From contig CAWABQ010000031.1 of assembly GCA_963780265.1 (NCBI GenBank), forward strand, positions 5,126 through 69,125: a stretch of 64,000 bases of DNA, in the 5' to 3' direction. Shown piece by piece: positions 8,118 through 17,927 of the stretch (the stretch's first letter is position 1; each line of letters begins with the position of its first letter). Both the position numbers and the translations under genes were made by a program. The notes under the pieces are model-generated. The model was not told where the DNA came from. It saw nothing but the letters and a program-made list of their open reading frames with translations, and ran no database searches. This DNA is from Candidatus Bathyarchaeota archaeon (GTDB taxonomy: Archaea; Thermoproteota; Bathyarchaeia; 40CM-2-53-6).

Positions 8118-9398
8118 GTGAAGGCAGTTGTTCTGGCTGCGGGGGAGGGCACACGAATGTGGCCCCTTGCAGCGACCAAACCCAAACACCTACTTCCGGT
8201 GGCCGGAAAACCAATCATCTCATACATCCTTCAAGCGCTCGCCGATAACTCGGTGAAAGAGGTTTTCATGGTCGTAGGCTTCAAAGGCGACCTGATCCAA
8301 TCGGTACTAGGCGACGGTGCGAGCTACGGAGTGCAAATCGAGTACCTAAAGCAACCACGTTGGACGGGAACCGCCTCCGCACTCAAAGTAGCCCGTAATG
8401 TTGTTGGCGACGAACCCTTCCTCGCAATTTATGGCGACTTGTGGGTAAGTTCATCAGCTATCCAAGCAGTTGTCGAAAAATCACATGAATCCTCAAAGGT
8501 GATGGGAGTCGTGCGCGTAGACAACCCCTCCGAATATGGTGTTGTCACACTTCACGGCGAAAGGCTTGCTGCAATCCGTGAAAAGCCTTCCAAGTCACGC
8601 CAGTCAGAAGGGTGGGTAAACTCTGGCATTTACATCTTGGACAAGGACGTTTTCGACGCCATAGGGAAAACTGTCAAGTCCAAAAGGGCGGAGTACGAAC
8701 TGACTAGCTCCCTGCAACACTTGCTAGACGAAGGGAAGGAAGTCATGGGCGCAGTCATCACGCGGGAAGACTGGATGGACATCGGTAGGCCTTGGGACCT
8801 CCTTGAGGCCAACGAGAGAGTCCTAGCGAGCTTACCTCACCGAGTGAATGGAACAGTTGAACAAGGCGTGGTCTTGAAGGGCCCCATCTGGCTTGAGGAG
8901 AGCGCCTCAATCAAATCGGGCAGTTACGTTGAAGGGCCTGTATACGTCGGCAAAGAGAGTAGAGTCGGACCCAACGCGAGAATCCGTCCCTCCACAAGTA
9001 TCGGAGACAACGTCATTGTAGGGAGCTCTTGCGAAGTCAAGAATAGCATAATCATGAACGGATCGAAGGTCCCCCATCTCTCCTACTTGGGAGATAGCAT
9101 AATCGGCGAAAACTGCAACATCGCTGCGGGAACCATAACCGCAAACATACGCCTAGACGAGAGAGTGCTCAATGTGAGGGTGAAGGGCCGATTGCAGAGC
9201 ACCGGCAGGACAAAGCTCGGCGTGATAATGGGTGATGGAGTTCAGACGGGCATAAACGTGAGCATTATGCCAGCCGTCCGAATAGGATCAGGCTCGCACC
9301 TAGGCCCTGCTACAGTGATATTCGAGGACGTTCCGGCGGGACACGCGGTCTTCGGAAAGCAGTCACTTGTCAGAAAGCGTGTTAGAAAATGCGCCTGA
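8118..9398 (+). CDS. bifunctional sugar-1-phosphate nucleotidylyltransferase / acetyltransferase (GlmU-like, ST0452-type)
   Basis: N-terminal MKAVVLAAGEGTRMWPLAATKPKHLLPV nucleotidyltransferase motif. The C-terminal third consists of hexapeptide (left-handed beta-helix) repeats. Confidence 0.85.
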   Translation: MKAVVLAAGEGTRMWPLAATKPKHLLPVAGKPIISYILQALADNSVKEVFMVVGFKGDLIQSVLGDGASYGVQIEYLKQPRWTGTASALKVARNVVGDEPFLAIYGDLWVSSSAIQAVVEKSHESSKVMGVVRVDNPSEYGVVTLHGERLAAIREKPSKSRQSEGWVNSGIYILDKDVFDAIGKTVKSKRAEYELTSSLQHLLDEGKEVMGAVITREDWMDIGRPWDLLEANERVLASLPHRVNGTVEQGVVLKGPIWLEESASIKSGSYVEGPVYVGKESRVGPNARIRPSTSIGDNVIVGSSCEVKNSIIMNGSKVPHLSYLGDSIIGENCNIAAGTITANIRLDERVLNVRVKGRLQSTGRTKLGVIMGDGVQTGINVSIMPAVRIGSGSHLGPATVIFEDVPAGHAVFGKQSLVRKRVRKCA

Positions 9399-9436
9399 AG
9401 ATGCCCCACTTCAAAAGCCCCTAACTATAGTTTGAC

Positions 9437-10648
9437 CTATGCGTGGCGCTTAGTGCTCACGATCGAGATCACGTCCCTATCCTTCAAAACATATTCATCT
9501 GCAACGCGCATCTTCGACCTAACCTCAGTAGCATACAGGAATCCTGCCGCCAAATCAGAATGAATCATTCCTGCGAACTGTTTCGCTGTCGTTCCGTATG
9601 GGACGAGGTATGTGTCTGGGAGAACCCTGCCCTTGTGGTCCGTGAGCTTCTCCGGGTCTTCGACCGGGTACACCGTCACCATCTGGAGAAGTTTGAAGAA
9701 GGCCAAGTTCAACGCGTCCTGAACTCCTGTCGATCCCAGCGGAATGAGGACTTGTTCCTTTATTCTCGTCAGCGCGTTGACCTGTTCGGGTGTGAGCTTG
9801 CTCCTCTCGCTGATTCCGAAATTACCGTCACCTGGGATGTAGGAGATGATCTCCTTCTCCGCGGCCCTTCTCAGGGCGAGTTCGGCTTCGGCACAGCAAG
9901 GGACTACCATGTATCCCATAGCCTTCAACGCTTCCATGTTCTTCTCAGCGGGCGGGACATCCATTTTGTTGGCTGCAATCAAGAGTGGTTTCGAATGTTT
10001 ACGCAGCTCTGTAATCAGGCTCAGCAGGTTCTCATCGGACCAAGAGCTTGGTTTTTCGAAGTTGAGTTTGGTCTTGGCTTTTGCTGAGAGTAGGTGGTCC
10101 TTGCGTATTCCGAGGCCGCTGAGTTTCTCTTCTAGGATTGGAATCAAATCTTCTTTAGCCCCTTCGACTCGTCTAACGGCGCGATCCCATTCCTTCTTGA
10201 CGATCTGCAGTATCCACATGTCCAGTTCATGTTCGAGGAAATGCACATCCTCTTTGGGATCGTGTGTACCTGGGTCGCAGGTTTTTCCTTCAGAATCGGT
10301 TCCGCCCGAGGCGTCCACAATATGGATGAGTGCGTCTGCCTGACGAATCTCATCCAGAAATTGGTTTCCCAGGCCTCGGCCTTGCCATGCGCCAGGAACT
10401 AGACCGGCGCAGTCAACAATTTCAACTGGGATTAGGCGTATCGCGTTGACACAGGTGGAGTTACCGGGCGAGTCGGTTACGTTGAACTCCGGATGGACAC
10501 AAGGCGTTCTGACGTATCCCATACCAATGTTGGGTTTTATTGTTGTGAAGGGGTAGTTGGCGATCGGGACATGCGCTAGAGTGGCTGCACTGAAGAATGT
10601 GCTTTTTCCGACGTTTGGTTTTCCAACGACACCGACGATGCGTGGCAA
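9437..10648 (-). CDS. Obg-like ATPase/GTPase (YchF-type) with C-terminal TGS domain
   Basis: P-loop GKPNVGKSTFF, NYPFTTIKPN, DCAGLV, NKMD, and a TGS-like C-terminus. TTG at 10648 gives MPRIVGVVGKPN and avoids overlap with npdG. The track ORF extends to 10795. Confidence 0.8.
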   Translation of the reverse strand: MPRIVGVVGKPNVGKSTFFSAATLAHVPIANYPFTTIKPNIGMGYVRTPCVHPEFNVTDSPGNSTCVNAIRLIPVEIVDCAGLVPGAWQGRGLGNQFLDEIRQADALIHIVDASGGTDSEGKTCDPGTHDPKEDVHFLEHELDMWILQIVKKEWDRAVRRVEGAKEDLIPILEEKLSGLGIRKDHLLSAKAKTKLNFEKPSSWSDENLLSLITELRKHSKPLLIAANKMDVPPAEKNMEALKAMGYMVVPCCAEAELALRRAAEKEIISYIPGDGNFGISERSKLTPEQVNALTRIKEQVLIPLGSTGVQDALNLAFFKLLQMVTVYPVEDPEKLTDHKGRVLPDTYLVPYGTTAKQFAGMIHSDLAAGFLYATEVRSKMRVADEYVLKDRDVISIVSTKRHA

Positions 10649-10670
10649 ATGCGGATTTCCTAAGGGGTAG

Positions 10671-11357
10671 TTAGTTTCCCGAGGGGAGACCTGTGATCCG
10701 GATGCCTGCATCTTTGACTTTGTAACGAATATTGATGCCGATGAGAAGGGCTGTGATTTGTTCCACGATTCGCGAATTCTCCAAGCGCCCCCCATCTATG
10801 GGCCTGACGCCGGGTATCTTTTTCGCAAGCTCCATGACAGTATTTCTTGTCTCTTGAGAATCGCCGCATACGATCACATCTGAATCTACATCTCGGCTAA
10901 TGTCTTGCAGTGACTCGGCGACTACGTTGTGGAATGCGGACGCGATCTTGGTGTGCGGGGGAAGTAGCTTAGCTGCCTGTTGCGCGGCTGAGCCTTCCCA
11001 GACTCCGAGTGCTGTCGACGCACCTCCTCCTACCGCTGTGGATAGCGGGACTACTACGTCTACGAAGATGTCGTCTGGTTTGATGCTATCATGAACTGAC
11101 TTAATCATATCCACGTGAGCTGCGAAAGGCACGGACATGACGATTATGTCAGCCGCTGCGGCAGCTTTCGGGTTCTCCATGCCTGAGACCGACGGGTTGC
11201 CCCCAAGCGTTTCTCGAGCCTTCTTCGCAGCGTCTTCGGCTTTTTGTTGCTGCCTCGACCCGATAATGATATTTTCCCCGGCCTTGGCCCACCGGAGGAC
11301 CAACCCAAATCCTTGGTCCCCTGTCCCGCCGATAACGGCTATGGTTCGATCAGGCAT
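10671..11357 (-). CDS. npdG: NADPH-dependent F420 reductase (NpdG family)
   Basis: IAVIGGTGDQGFGLVLRWAKAG Rossmann start, and an overall match to the F420-dependent NADP oxidoreductase family (…VCGDSQETRNTVMELAKKIPGVRPIDGG). Confidence 0.8.
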   Translation of the reverse strand: MPDRTIAVIGGTGDQGFGLVLRWAKAGENIIIGSRQQQKAEDAAKKARETLGGNPSVSGMENPKAAAAADIIVMSVPFAAHVDMIKSVHDSIKPDDIFVDVVVPLSTAVGGGASTALGVWEGSAAQQAAKLLPPHTKIASAFHNVVAESLQDISRDVDSDVIVCGDSQETRNTVMELAKKIPGVRPIDGGRLENSRIVEQITALLIGINIRYKVKDAGIRITGLPSGN

Positions 11358-11445
11358 AGTCTAAGACACCATGAAATTCTTGCCAATGAAAGATGGAATT
11401 AAAGGCTAGCTCCCCAAGTCCAGAATTGGAACGTTCCAGTTCCCG

Positions 11446-12780
11446 CTAGGTCGGGAACTCTTGAATGAAACCGCCTTTCATCATGTATCTTGTCTGTTCG
11501 CGGGAACGTTTAATGATTGACCTAGCGCTGGTGTACAGTTCTTCGTGAGTCCGTTTCAGTCGCGCCACACCCTGCTCAATCGCCTTTTCAGCAACGGCCG
11601 TCGCTTCACGCGGGAATACTTCCCAATCATCCATTGTTGGGATAATATTTTTCGCAGAGAGTCCTCGCTCTTCAGCAACCTTGGCCAGTTCGAATGCTGC
11701 TGCAAGACACATTTCATCAGTGATCGTTCGTGCTCGCGTATCTATGGTTCCTCTGAAGATCCCTGGAAAGCCAAGCGAGTTATTGAGTTGGTTGGGGAAA
11801 TCGGACCGGCCTGTAGCGACGACTGCGGCTCCTGCTTCTTCCGCTTCCCACGGCCATATTTCCGGAATCGGGTTGGCGCACGCGAACACGATGGGGTGGT
11901 CACTCATGGTGGAGACTTGTTCTTTCTTTAGCACACCCGGTCCTGGTGTTGATAGGGCGATGCAAGCATCTGTACCATCCATAGCTAAGTTGACGCCCCC
12001 TTCCTTTCCTTCCGCGTTAGTGGTTTGGCATAGTTTCCATTTCTTTGGCGAGGTGTGTTCGAGGTCCCTTCTATTTCGGTGCAGAATGCCTTTGCTATCA
12101 ACGAGTATGAGGTTGCCTGGCTTCGCTCCAGCTGAGACCAAAAGACGAGCCAAAGCGACGTTTGCAGCACCGGCCCCAATCATTGAAACCTTGACTTCGG
12201 AAATCTTCTTCCCAACAACCTTCAGAGCATTGACAAACCCTGCTAGAACTACTGTGGCGGTCCCTTGCTGATCATCATGCCATACTGGGATGTCAAGCTG
12301 GCCTTGAAGAGCATCAAGCACCTCGAAACACTTGGGTTGAGCGATGTCCTCCAGGTTTATTCCGCCAAACGAGGGCTGAATCCATTTAACAGCCGAGACT
12401 ATTTCTTCAGCCTTTTTGGTGCCGAGGCATATTGGGAAAGCGTCGATGCCCCCGAGATACTTGTAGAGCAAGGCCTTCCCCTCCATGACTGGGAGCCCCG
12501 CTTCTGGACCAATGTCGCCTAGCCCAAGGATTCTCGACCCATCAGTCACGATGGCTATGTTATTCCACTTGTTCGTGTTCTCGAAGACTGCTTCCGGCCT
12601 AGACTTTATTGCCTCGCAAGCTTCGGCAACGCCTGGTGTGTACCAGATTGCGAAGTCATCGAACGATCGGATGGGGCACTTCGGAACAATCTCAATTTTC
12701 CCGCGGTAGAACGGGTGGTACTTCAGTGCGAGTTGTGAGGGTAGGTATGCTTTCCTCAATGATTCGTCGTTTGATTTCAT
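11446..12780 (-). CDS. NAD(P)-dependent malic enzyme
   Basis: YHPFYRGKIEIVPKCP, WYTPGVAEAC, VTDGSRILGLGDIG, GINLEDI, GAGAA. Confidence 0.9.
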   Translation of the reverse strand: MKSNDESLRKAYLPSQLALKYHPFYRGKIEIVPKCPIRSFDDFAIWYTPGVAEACEAIKSRPEAVFENTNKWNNIAIVTDGSRILGLGDIGPEAGLPVMEGKALLYKYLGGIDAFPICLGTKKAEEIVSAVKWIQPSFGGINLEDIAQPKCFEVLDALQGQLDIPVWHDDQQGTATVVLAGFVNALKVVGKKISEVKVSMIGAGAANVALARLLVSAGAKPGNLILVDSKGILHRNRRDLEHTSPKKWKLCQTTNAEGKEGGVNLAMDGTDACIALSTPGPGVLKKEQVSTMSDHPIVFACANPIPEIWPWEAEEAGAAVVATGRSDFPNQLNNSLGFPGIFRGTIDTRARTITDEMCLAAAFELAKVAEERGLSAKNIIPTMDDWEVFPREATAVAEKAIEQGVARLKRTHEELYTSARSIIKRSREQTRYMMKGGFIQEFPT

Positions 12781-12908
12781 TCCTCAACTTCCTCTTCTAA
12801 GTTGCAAGCCACTTAAATAGCAGCGCTACTCTCAAACTGCCGGAAGCTCAGAGAAAAACACCATTTGTCTTAAAGCTTCACAACAATTGGTTGCGGTCGA
12901 AATAACCC

Positions 12909-13340
12909 ATGGGCATGTACAAGTACTTGGCTCAGACTTGGAACCGGCGAGAGAAGGCGGACCTAGAGCAGTATCTCCGGCAACTCGCCATAAAATGGAG
13001 AAGAGAACCCACGGTCCACAGAATTGAGCACCCATCCAGGCCTGAACGAGCTAGGGCTGTTGGCTACAAGGCCAAGCCGGGGTACGTTGTTGTTCGCGTG
13101 CGCATAAGAAAGGGAGGAGCCCGCAAGCCTCGCCCTAGGGCAGGTCGTAGGCAGAAAGCGCTAGGCGTAACAAAGTACACGCGAGCTATGAGTTTAAGGA
13201 ACATTGCAGAGGAGAAAGCAAAGAAGAAGTTCCCAAACCTTCGGGTCCTAAACTCATACTACGTCGGGGAAGACGGGATGCATCACTGGTTTGAAACCAT
13301 ATTGCGTGACCCACACAATCCCTCCTCAGCAATGGCGTAG
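12909..13340 (+). CDS. rpl15e: 50S ribosomal protein L15e (eL15), short form
   Basis: YKYLAQTWNRR, RPERARAVGYKAKPGYVVVRVRIRKGG, LRVLNSYYVGEDG. At 143 aa it lacks the C-terminal ~50 aa that I recall in many archaeal L15e proteins. Confidence 0.9.
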   Translation: MGMYKYLAQTWNRREKADLEQYLRQLAIKWRREPTVHRIEHPSRPERARAVGYKAKPGYVVVRVRIRKGGARKPRPRAGRRQKALGVTKYTRAMSLRNIAEEKAKKKFPNLRVLNSYYVGEDGMHHWFETILRDPHNPSSAMA

Positions 13341-13421
13341 GAAGGCCCCTCGTCGAAGAACTAAACGTCTCCCGATTCGAGACTCGAATTCATTCTTCTA
13401 CTCTTATGGGACGCCGTTGCA

Positions 13422-14222
13422 TTGGATAAGCCGCTAGTCGTCATCAAACTAGGGGGCTCTGCCCTCACCGACAAGACGAGAATCTACACCCCACGAATCC
13501 CTGTAATCCATAGCGCCGCCAGACAGGTCGCAGAAATTCACAAAACCAACTCAATCATCCTAGTGCACGGAGCGGGAAGCTACGGCCACATCCCAGTCAG
13601 AAAGTACGGACTTCAACACGGCCTGAAAAGCCCCAAGCAACTCAAAGGGCTGAGTTCGACAAAGGTCAAACTGCTAGAGTGGGAAACCCTGCTCGACGAA
13701 GTACTTCTAAGACATAGAATACCCGTGATACCGTTTCTTGCATCTGACTTCGTCGTCACAGGCAATGGAAGAATTGTTTCCGCGGAACTAAAGCCGTTAG
13801 TTAGTTGGCTGCGTTTAGGTTGCGTTCCAATCACGGGGGGCGACATAGTGCCGGACATTAGGACTGGTTTCTCAATACTCTCCGGTGATCAGATCGCCGC
13901 ATTCATTGCTATCAAACTCAAGGCGACAAGACTGGTATATGCCGTTGATGTCGACGGAGTTTTCAACGCCAACCCAAGTCTTGACTCTAAAGCACAGCTG
14001 CTGGAAACTCTTACGCCATCTTCAGTTGCAGGCCTAATCTCGAAGGCGACTTCCGGAACTACACCGGACGTAACTGGGGCAATGGCGGGAAAATTAAAGG
14101 AGTCTATCTCCGCAGCGCGCCATCGCATACCAGTTTGCTTTGTGAACTTGACTAAGCAGGATAGGTTGCGCAAGGCTGCGTTAGGCCAAAAGGTCATCAG
14201 TTCTAGGCTCATACCGGCCTGA
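13422..14222 (+). CDS. isopentenyl phosphate kinase (amino-acid kinase fold, archaeal mevalonate pathway)
   Basis: VVIKLGGSALTDK, ILVHGAGSYGH, SGDQI, DVDGVF. TTG start. Confidence 0.85.
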   Translation: MDKPLVVIKLGGSALTDKTRIYTPRIPVIHSAARQVAEIHKTNSIILVHGAGSYGHIPVRKYGLQHGLKSPKQLKGLSSTKVKLLEWETLLDEVLLRHRIPVIPFLASDFVVTGNGRIVSAELKPLVSWLRLGCVPITGGDIVPDIRTGFSILSGDQIAAFIAIKLKATRLVYAVDVDGVFNANPSLDSKAQLLETLTPSSVAGLISKATSGTTPDVTGAMAGKLKESISAARHRIPVCFVNLTKQDRLRKAALGQKVISSRLIPA

Positions 14223-14225
14223 ACG

Positions 14226-14617
14226 CTAGAGCAACGGAAGTTCGCCAGTTATCTTGTCAACAAGCTCTGCGGGCGCCGGACCGATACCTACGCATGTGGG
14301 AGTGCCGGGTTCTACTTGGGTAAGGCCGCTATCGTGGATTATCGCCGAAGCCAAACCTAATTCCTCAGCGCTCCTCCGAAGGTCATGCAGGTCGCTTTCA
14401 GAATTCACCTTGACTACAACCTTCGCCTGCCCCTCATGGAACCATTCTCTCCACCAGTCGGGATGTTGCCGGCGGGTTTCCTCAGCAACTGTCACGGAAG
14501 CATGCCCAACCTGTACAGCAATCTTACCCTTCCCCATCTCCAAGTCGCGTCTGACCGCAACAACCAGTTTATACTTGAAATCCGACGTAGCCGAAGCCCC
14601 GTCTTTAATTCAGCCAT
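14226..14617 (-). CDS. pth2: peptidyl-tRNA hydrolase Pth2 (archaeal type), frame broken near 14603-14606
   Basis: Track ORF 14226..14543 gives GKGKIAVQVGHAS...VVVKV...IHDSGLTQVEPGTPTCVGIGPAP. The in-frame upstream extension DFKYKLVVAVRRDL is canonical Pth2 but has no start codon. ATG 14617 (MAELK) joins it if one A is restored in TTAAAG. Confidence 0.85.
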
Positions 14618-14659
14618 GTAGCAAATAAGTGCAAGCAAGTAGCCCCCCCGGAGCTCAAA

Positions 14660-15103
14660 TTGAGTATGTATGCGGTTCAGTCCGTTGAGATCAGCGCCAT
14701 CGCCCACGCGACGGACGATCTCGAGAAGGTTCAGGCTGCGCTTACAACCATTTTGCCGGAGTCTTTGAGGGGGCGGCAGCTCTTCACAAGAAGGTATCTA
14801 GAGGGACACTACAGAAACCCTATCACCACTTTTGAGGCAAAGCTCACCAAGCCCGCAGAGGTTGAAGAATTCACAACGAGCTTCTTTCGTCAACTCTCGA
14901 AGAGCGAGAAGCTCCGAATCGAACGAGACCTTGCTCTCCATTCCGATCCAGAAGGCAACCTTTACGTCAGACTTGACAAACAACGAGCGTTTCGTGGGAC
15001 AGTCGAACTGGGCGGAGAAGACCCAATCCGTGTCCGATTGAAGTTCAATCGCCTAAGTGGCGAAACTACGCAACTCATGAAGATAATCTTGGGAGCTGAC
15101 TAA
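14660..15103 (+). CDS. exosome-superoperon RNA-binding protein (COG1325/DUF54-like)
   Basis: VEISAIAHATDDLEKV, GHYRNPIT, LYVRLDKQRAF. Its position upstream of Rpp30/Pop5 matches the conserved superoperon. Confidence 0.7.
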   Translation: MSMYAVQSVEISAIAHATDDLEKVQAALTTILPESLRGRQLFTRRYLEGHYRNPITTFEAKLTKPAEVEEFTTSFFRQLSKSEKLRIERDLALHSDPEGNLYVRLDKQRAFRGTVELGGEDPIRVRLKFNRLSGETTQLMKIILGAD

Positions 15104-15131
15104 TCTGGCGAAGTCCGTAGACCTCCACGTA

Positions 15132-15815
15132 ATGCCTCGGGTTGAGGACGAAAGGTCATGCAAGCGAATGGCTGAGCTGCTAAGACTCGCTGGCTACTCC
15201 GCTGTAGGATTAACGATTCCAACCGGCCTAATGCGGAACAGGATTACATTACTCAGGGCCGTCTTTCGGGAAGCTGGACTGGAGACCGCGCTTCGAGTAG
15301 ATTTGACTTCAACATCGAGAATAGAGCTGCTTCGGTTGCTGCGACGATTCAGGAATTCATACGATGTTGTCGCAGTAAAGTGCGTTAACACGCGTGTTGC
15401 AACAGTTGCGTGCAGGGATAGACGCGTTGACTTAATTTTCTTTGACCCTGCGAATCGAAGTATCAGATTCACCCATCCTCTCGCCAACCTTCTTAGAGGG
15501 GCTATCGAATTCAACCTAGTCTCAGCGCTCCTCAATGAAACGAAGGCCGAGGTGTTCTCCGTGATAATGAAGCAATGTGCAATCGCTCGGGAGCATAAGG
15601 TCAGAGTAGTTCTATCAAGCGGATGTAACCATCCAGAGCTGGTTAGGAGCGCAAGTCAAATCGCCGCCCTTGCTTCCGCGATGGGTCTCTCTGAAATGCA
15701 GTCCCTTGCGGGCGTATCCTCAACACCCTTTTCGATCATCGAGCGCAACTCGGCTCGTCGTTCACCTCAATTCGTAGAAGAAGGAGTGCGCATCGTCTTG
15801 CCCAAGGTGAGATAA
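15132..15815 (+). CDS. rnp3: RNase P protein component 3 (Rpp30)
   Basis: YDVVAVKCVNTRVATVACRDRRVDLIFFD, IEFNL, VVLSSGC. Lies next to Pop5 in the superoperon. Confidence 0.8.
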   Translation: MPRVEDERSCKRMAELLRLAGYSAVGLTIPTGLMRNRITLLRAVFREAGLETALRVDLTSTSRIELLRLLRRFRNSYDVVAVKCVNTRVATVACRDRRVDLIFFDPANRSIRFTHPLANLLRGAIEFNLVSALLNETKAEVFSVIMKQCAIAREHKVRVVLSSGCNHPELVRSASQIAALASAMGLSEMQSLAGVSSTPFSIIERNSARRSPQFVEEGVRIVLPKVR

Positions 15816-15820
15816 CGACA

Positions 15821-16129
15821 ATGTCGAAACGTTACCTTCTGGTCAAAGTTGTTTCCGAGAGACCGATTTCACGGGACCAGTTTGGAAGTGCTGTGATTGA
15901 TTCAGTTCGAAGGAACTTTGGCGAGATAGGCCTATGCAGGATTGACCCTAGAGTCGTACGTTATGATGGAGCAGAATCACGAGCTATTGTTGCCTGCAGA
16001 GCGGGCGCAGCAAGCGAGCTTCAAGCGGCGGTCACTCTGATTTCAGAAGCTTCGGGGACGCCTATCGTACCGCTGGTTGTTGGCGTTTCTGGAACAATAA
16101 AGGCTCTTGGAAAGAGAAGATCAAGGTAA
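15821..16129 (+). CDS. rnp2: RNase P protein component 2 (Pop5)
   Basis: RYLLVKVVSE, IVACRAG, GVSGTIKAL. Size and position match Pop5. Confidence 0.8.
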   Translation: MSKRYLLVKVVSERPISRDQFGSAVIDSVRRNFGEIGLCRIDPRVVRYDGAESRAIVACRAGAASELQAAVTLISEASGTPIVPLVVGVSGTIKALGKRRSR

Positions 16130-16396
16130 CTTTTTGTCTCAGGCGGTATGCTTTAGCTGCGGGGATGAAGAAGCCAGTCCCAGTCAGATCTTTTTGCTGA
16201 AGATATGACGACCTCAGCGACGGGCTGACCCCATATAACATAATGCACGTTAAACATCACGCCCGATACTTTCGTCATTCCGTGACTCGGTGGTTCGTTA
16301 TCTAGTCACAGCTTCGCTAGTCAATAAGCTGTACCTCAAGGGTTTTATTGGAGAATCTTACTGAGAGGGACAAATTTCGCTTTAGGTGAAATTGAA

Positions 16397-17143
16397 TTGT
16401 CTATGTTTGCCGTTCCGGGTGCGTACGACCGCGCGATCACTGTATTCTCGCCAGACGGGCGCCTGTTTCAAGTCGAATATGCATCAGAAACCGTCAAGAG
16501 GGGAGCGACGGTCCTTGGTGTGGTCTGCCCTGAAGGTATTGTCTTGGCAGCAGAGGAAAGGCCCACGTCTAAGCTTCAGGATCCGAACTTTATGTGGAAA
16601 ATCTTCCAAATCGACGAGCACGTAGGTGCGGCGGTTGCCGGCTTGAATTGCGACGCACACATCCTAGTCGATCAAGCTAGAGTTTATGCTCAATCGAACC
16701 GCTTGTTGTACGACGAACCAATCGATGTCGAAATCTTAACGAGGCGAATTGGAGAGATAAAGCAACTTTACACACAGCACGCCGGCGTGCGCCCATTTGG
16801 CCTGTCAATGCTCTTCGGGGGAATGGACCGTAAAGGGAGCCGGCTTTTCTGGACTGATCCCAGTGGAGCTTTTTTCGCTTTCAAAGCTTTGGCAATCGGT
16901 GCCGGAGGAGATGCCGCCAACGAAATCCTAGAAGCAGAATACAAGGACACCATGAGCCTTGATGATGCACTTCTCCTTGCCATAAAATGCATGGGCAAAG
17001 TTTTGGAAGACAAGTTGGACGTGCACATATTGCGTATCGCGACTGTACCTGCAGCGACAAGGAAATTTGCCAAAATGCCGCAGGAAGAAGTAGAGAAGCA
17101 TATCAAACGACTTGACTCCTCGAAAAAGGCCGCTAGCCGATGA
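16397..17143 (+). CDS. psmA: proteasome subunit alpha
   Basis: [41 protein letters not shown] 16397 or ATG 16403. Confidence 0.95.
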   Translation: MSMFAVPGAYDRAITVFSPDGRLFQVEYASETVKRGATVLGVVCPEGIVLAAEERPTSKLQDPNFMWKIFQIDEHVGAAVAGLNCDAHILVDQARVYAQSNRLLYDEPIDVEILTRRIGEIKQLYTQHAGVRPFGLSMLFGGMDRKGSRLFWTDPSGAFFAFKALAIGAGGDAANEILEAEYKDTMSLDDALLLAIKCMGKVLEDKLDVHILRIATVPAATRKFAKMPQEEVEKHIKRLDSSKKAASR

Positions 17144-17829
17144 GTGAAAAACTCACTACGGCTCGAATCTCAAAAAGCGGGGAAAAATTCGAAATCTTAG
17201 TCAAACCGGAACCAGCTTTGGAATATAAGATGGGCAAGCCGGTTGGCCTATCACAATTTCTAGTCATAGAAGAAGTCTACAGCGACGCCGGCAAGGGAAC
17301 GCGGGCGTCAGCCGAAAAACTGGAAAAAGCCTTCGGAACCGTAGATCCGGTGAAGATTGCCGAGGAGATCATGAAGCATGGTGAGCTTCAACTCACAACA
17401 GATCAAAGGCGAGAACTGATTGAAGACAAACGCAAACAGATAGTTGCCTTCATCAGCAGAAATTGCATAGACCCACGAACGGGGACCCCCCATCCGCCTC
17501 TCAGAATCGAGCAGGCATTGGCTGAGGTCAAGTATTCAATAGACCCTTTCAAGGGCGCAGACGAGCAGGCTAAAGATATCATCGAGGAACTTCGCTCTCT
17601 CCTACCCATCAAGATGGAACAGATGCGTGTTGCGGTGAAGATACTCGCTGAATTTGCTGCTAAAGGTTATGGGGCTGTGAAGGGCTACGGAACAATCTCC
17701 AAAGAAGAATGGCAAGCAGACGGAGCATTAGTCGCTGTTGTTGAGATGCCTGCCGGAGTATACGGCCCATTCGTCGAACGGCTCGGAAAGATCACGCAGG
17801 GTACGATTCAAACGAAAGTGCTCAAATAG
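17140..17829 (+). CDS. ribosome maturation protein SBDS/Sdo1
   Basis: [46 protein letters not shown] overlap with psmA. Confidence 0.9.
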   Translation: MSEKLTTARISKSGEKFEILVKPEPALEYKMGKPVGLSQFLVIEEVYSDAGKGTRASAEKLEKAFGTVDPVKIAEEIMKHGELQLTTDQRRELIEDKRKQIVAFISRNCIDPRTGTPHPPLRIEQALAEVKYSIDPFKGADEQAKDIIEELRSLLPIKMEQMRVAVKILAEFAAKGYGAVKGYGTISKEEWQADGALVAVVEMPAGVYGPFVERLGKITQGTIQTKVLK

Positions 17830-17927
17830 AAACCTAGGCGCCGAATCGAGCGATGTAGCCGAAATATAAGAAGCGTTCTTGATTGGAGCCCGTCTGCGGG
17901 CGCATGCACCAAGCTAACGCCCTGCGT

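Noticed and set aside
13341-13421. A frameshifted continuation of L15e downstream of its stop.
   Set aside because: Neither alternative frame encodes L15e-like sequence, and there is too little space before the next gene.
16130-16396. Possible C/D-box sRNA in the 268-nt Pop5-PsmA intergenic region. Candidate elements were GGATGAA…CTGA…ATGACGA…CTGA, plus a GTGACT/AGTCAC hairpin.
   Set aside because: The box sequences deviate from RUGAUGA. Box spacing does not fit the roughly 12-nt guide rule. No terminal stem is evident. The T-runs there are more simply terminators, with the psmA promoter region following.
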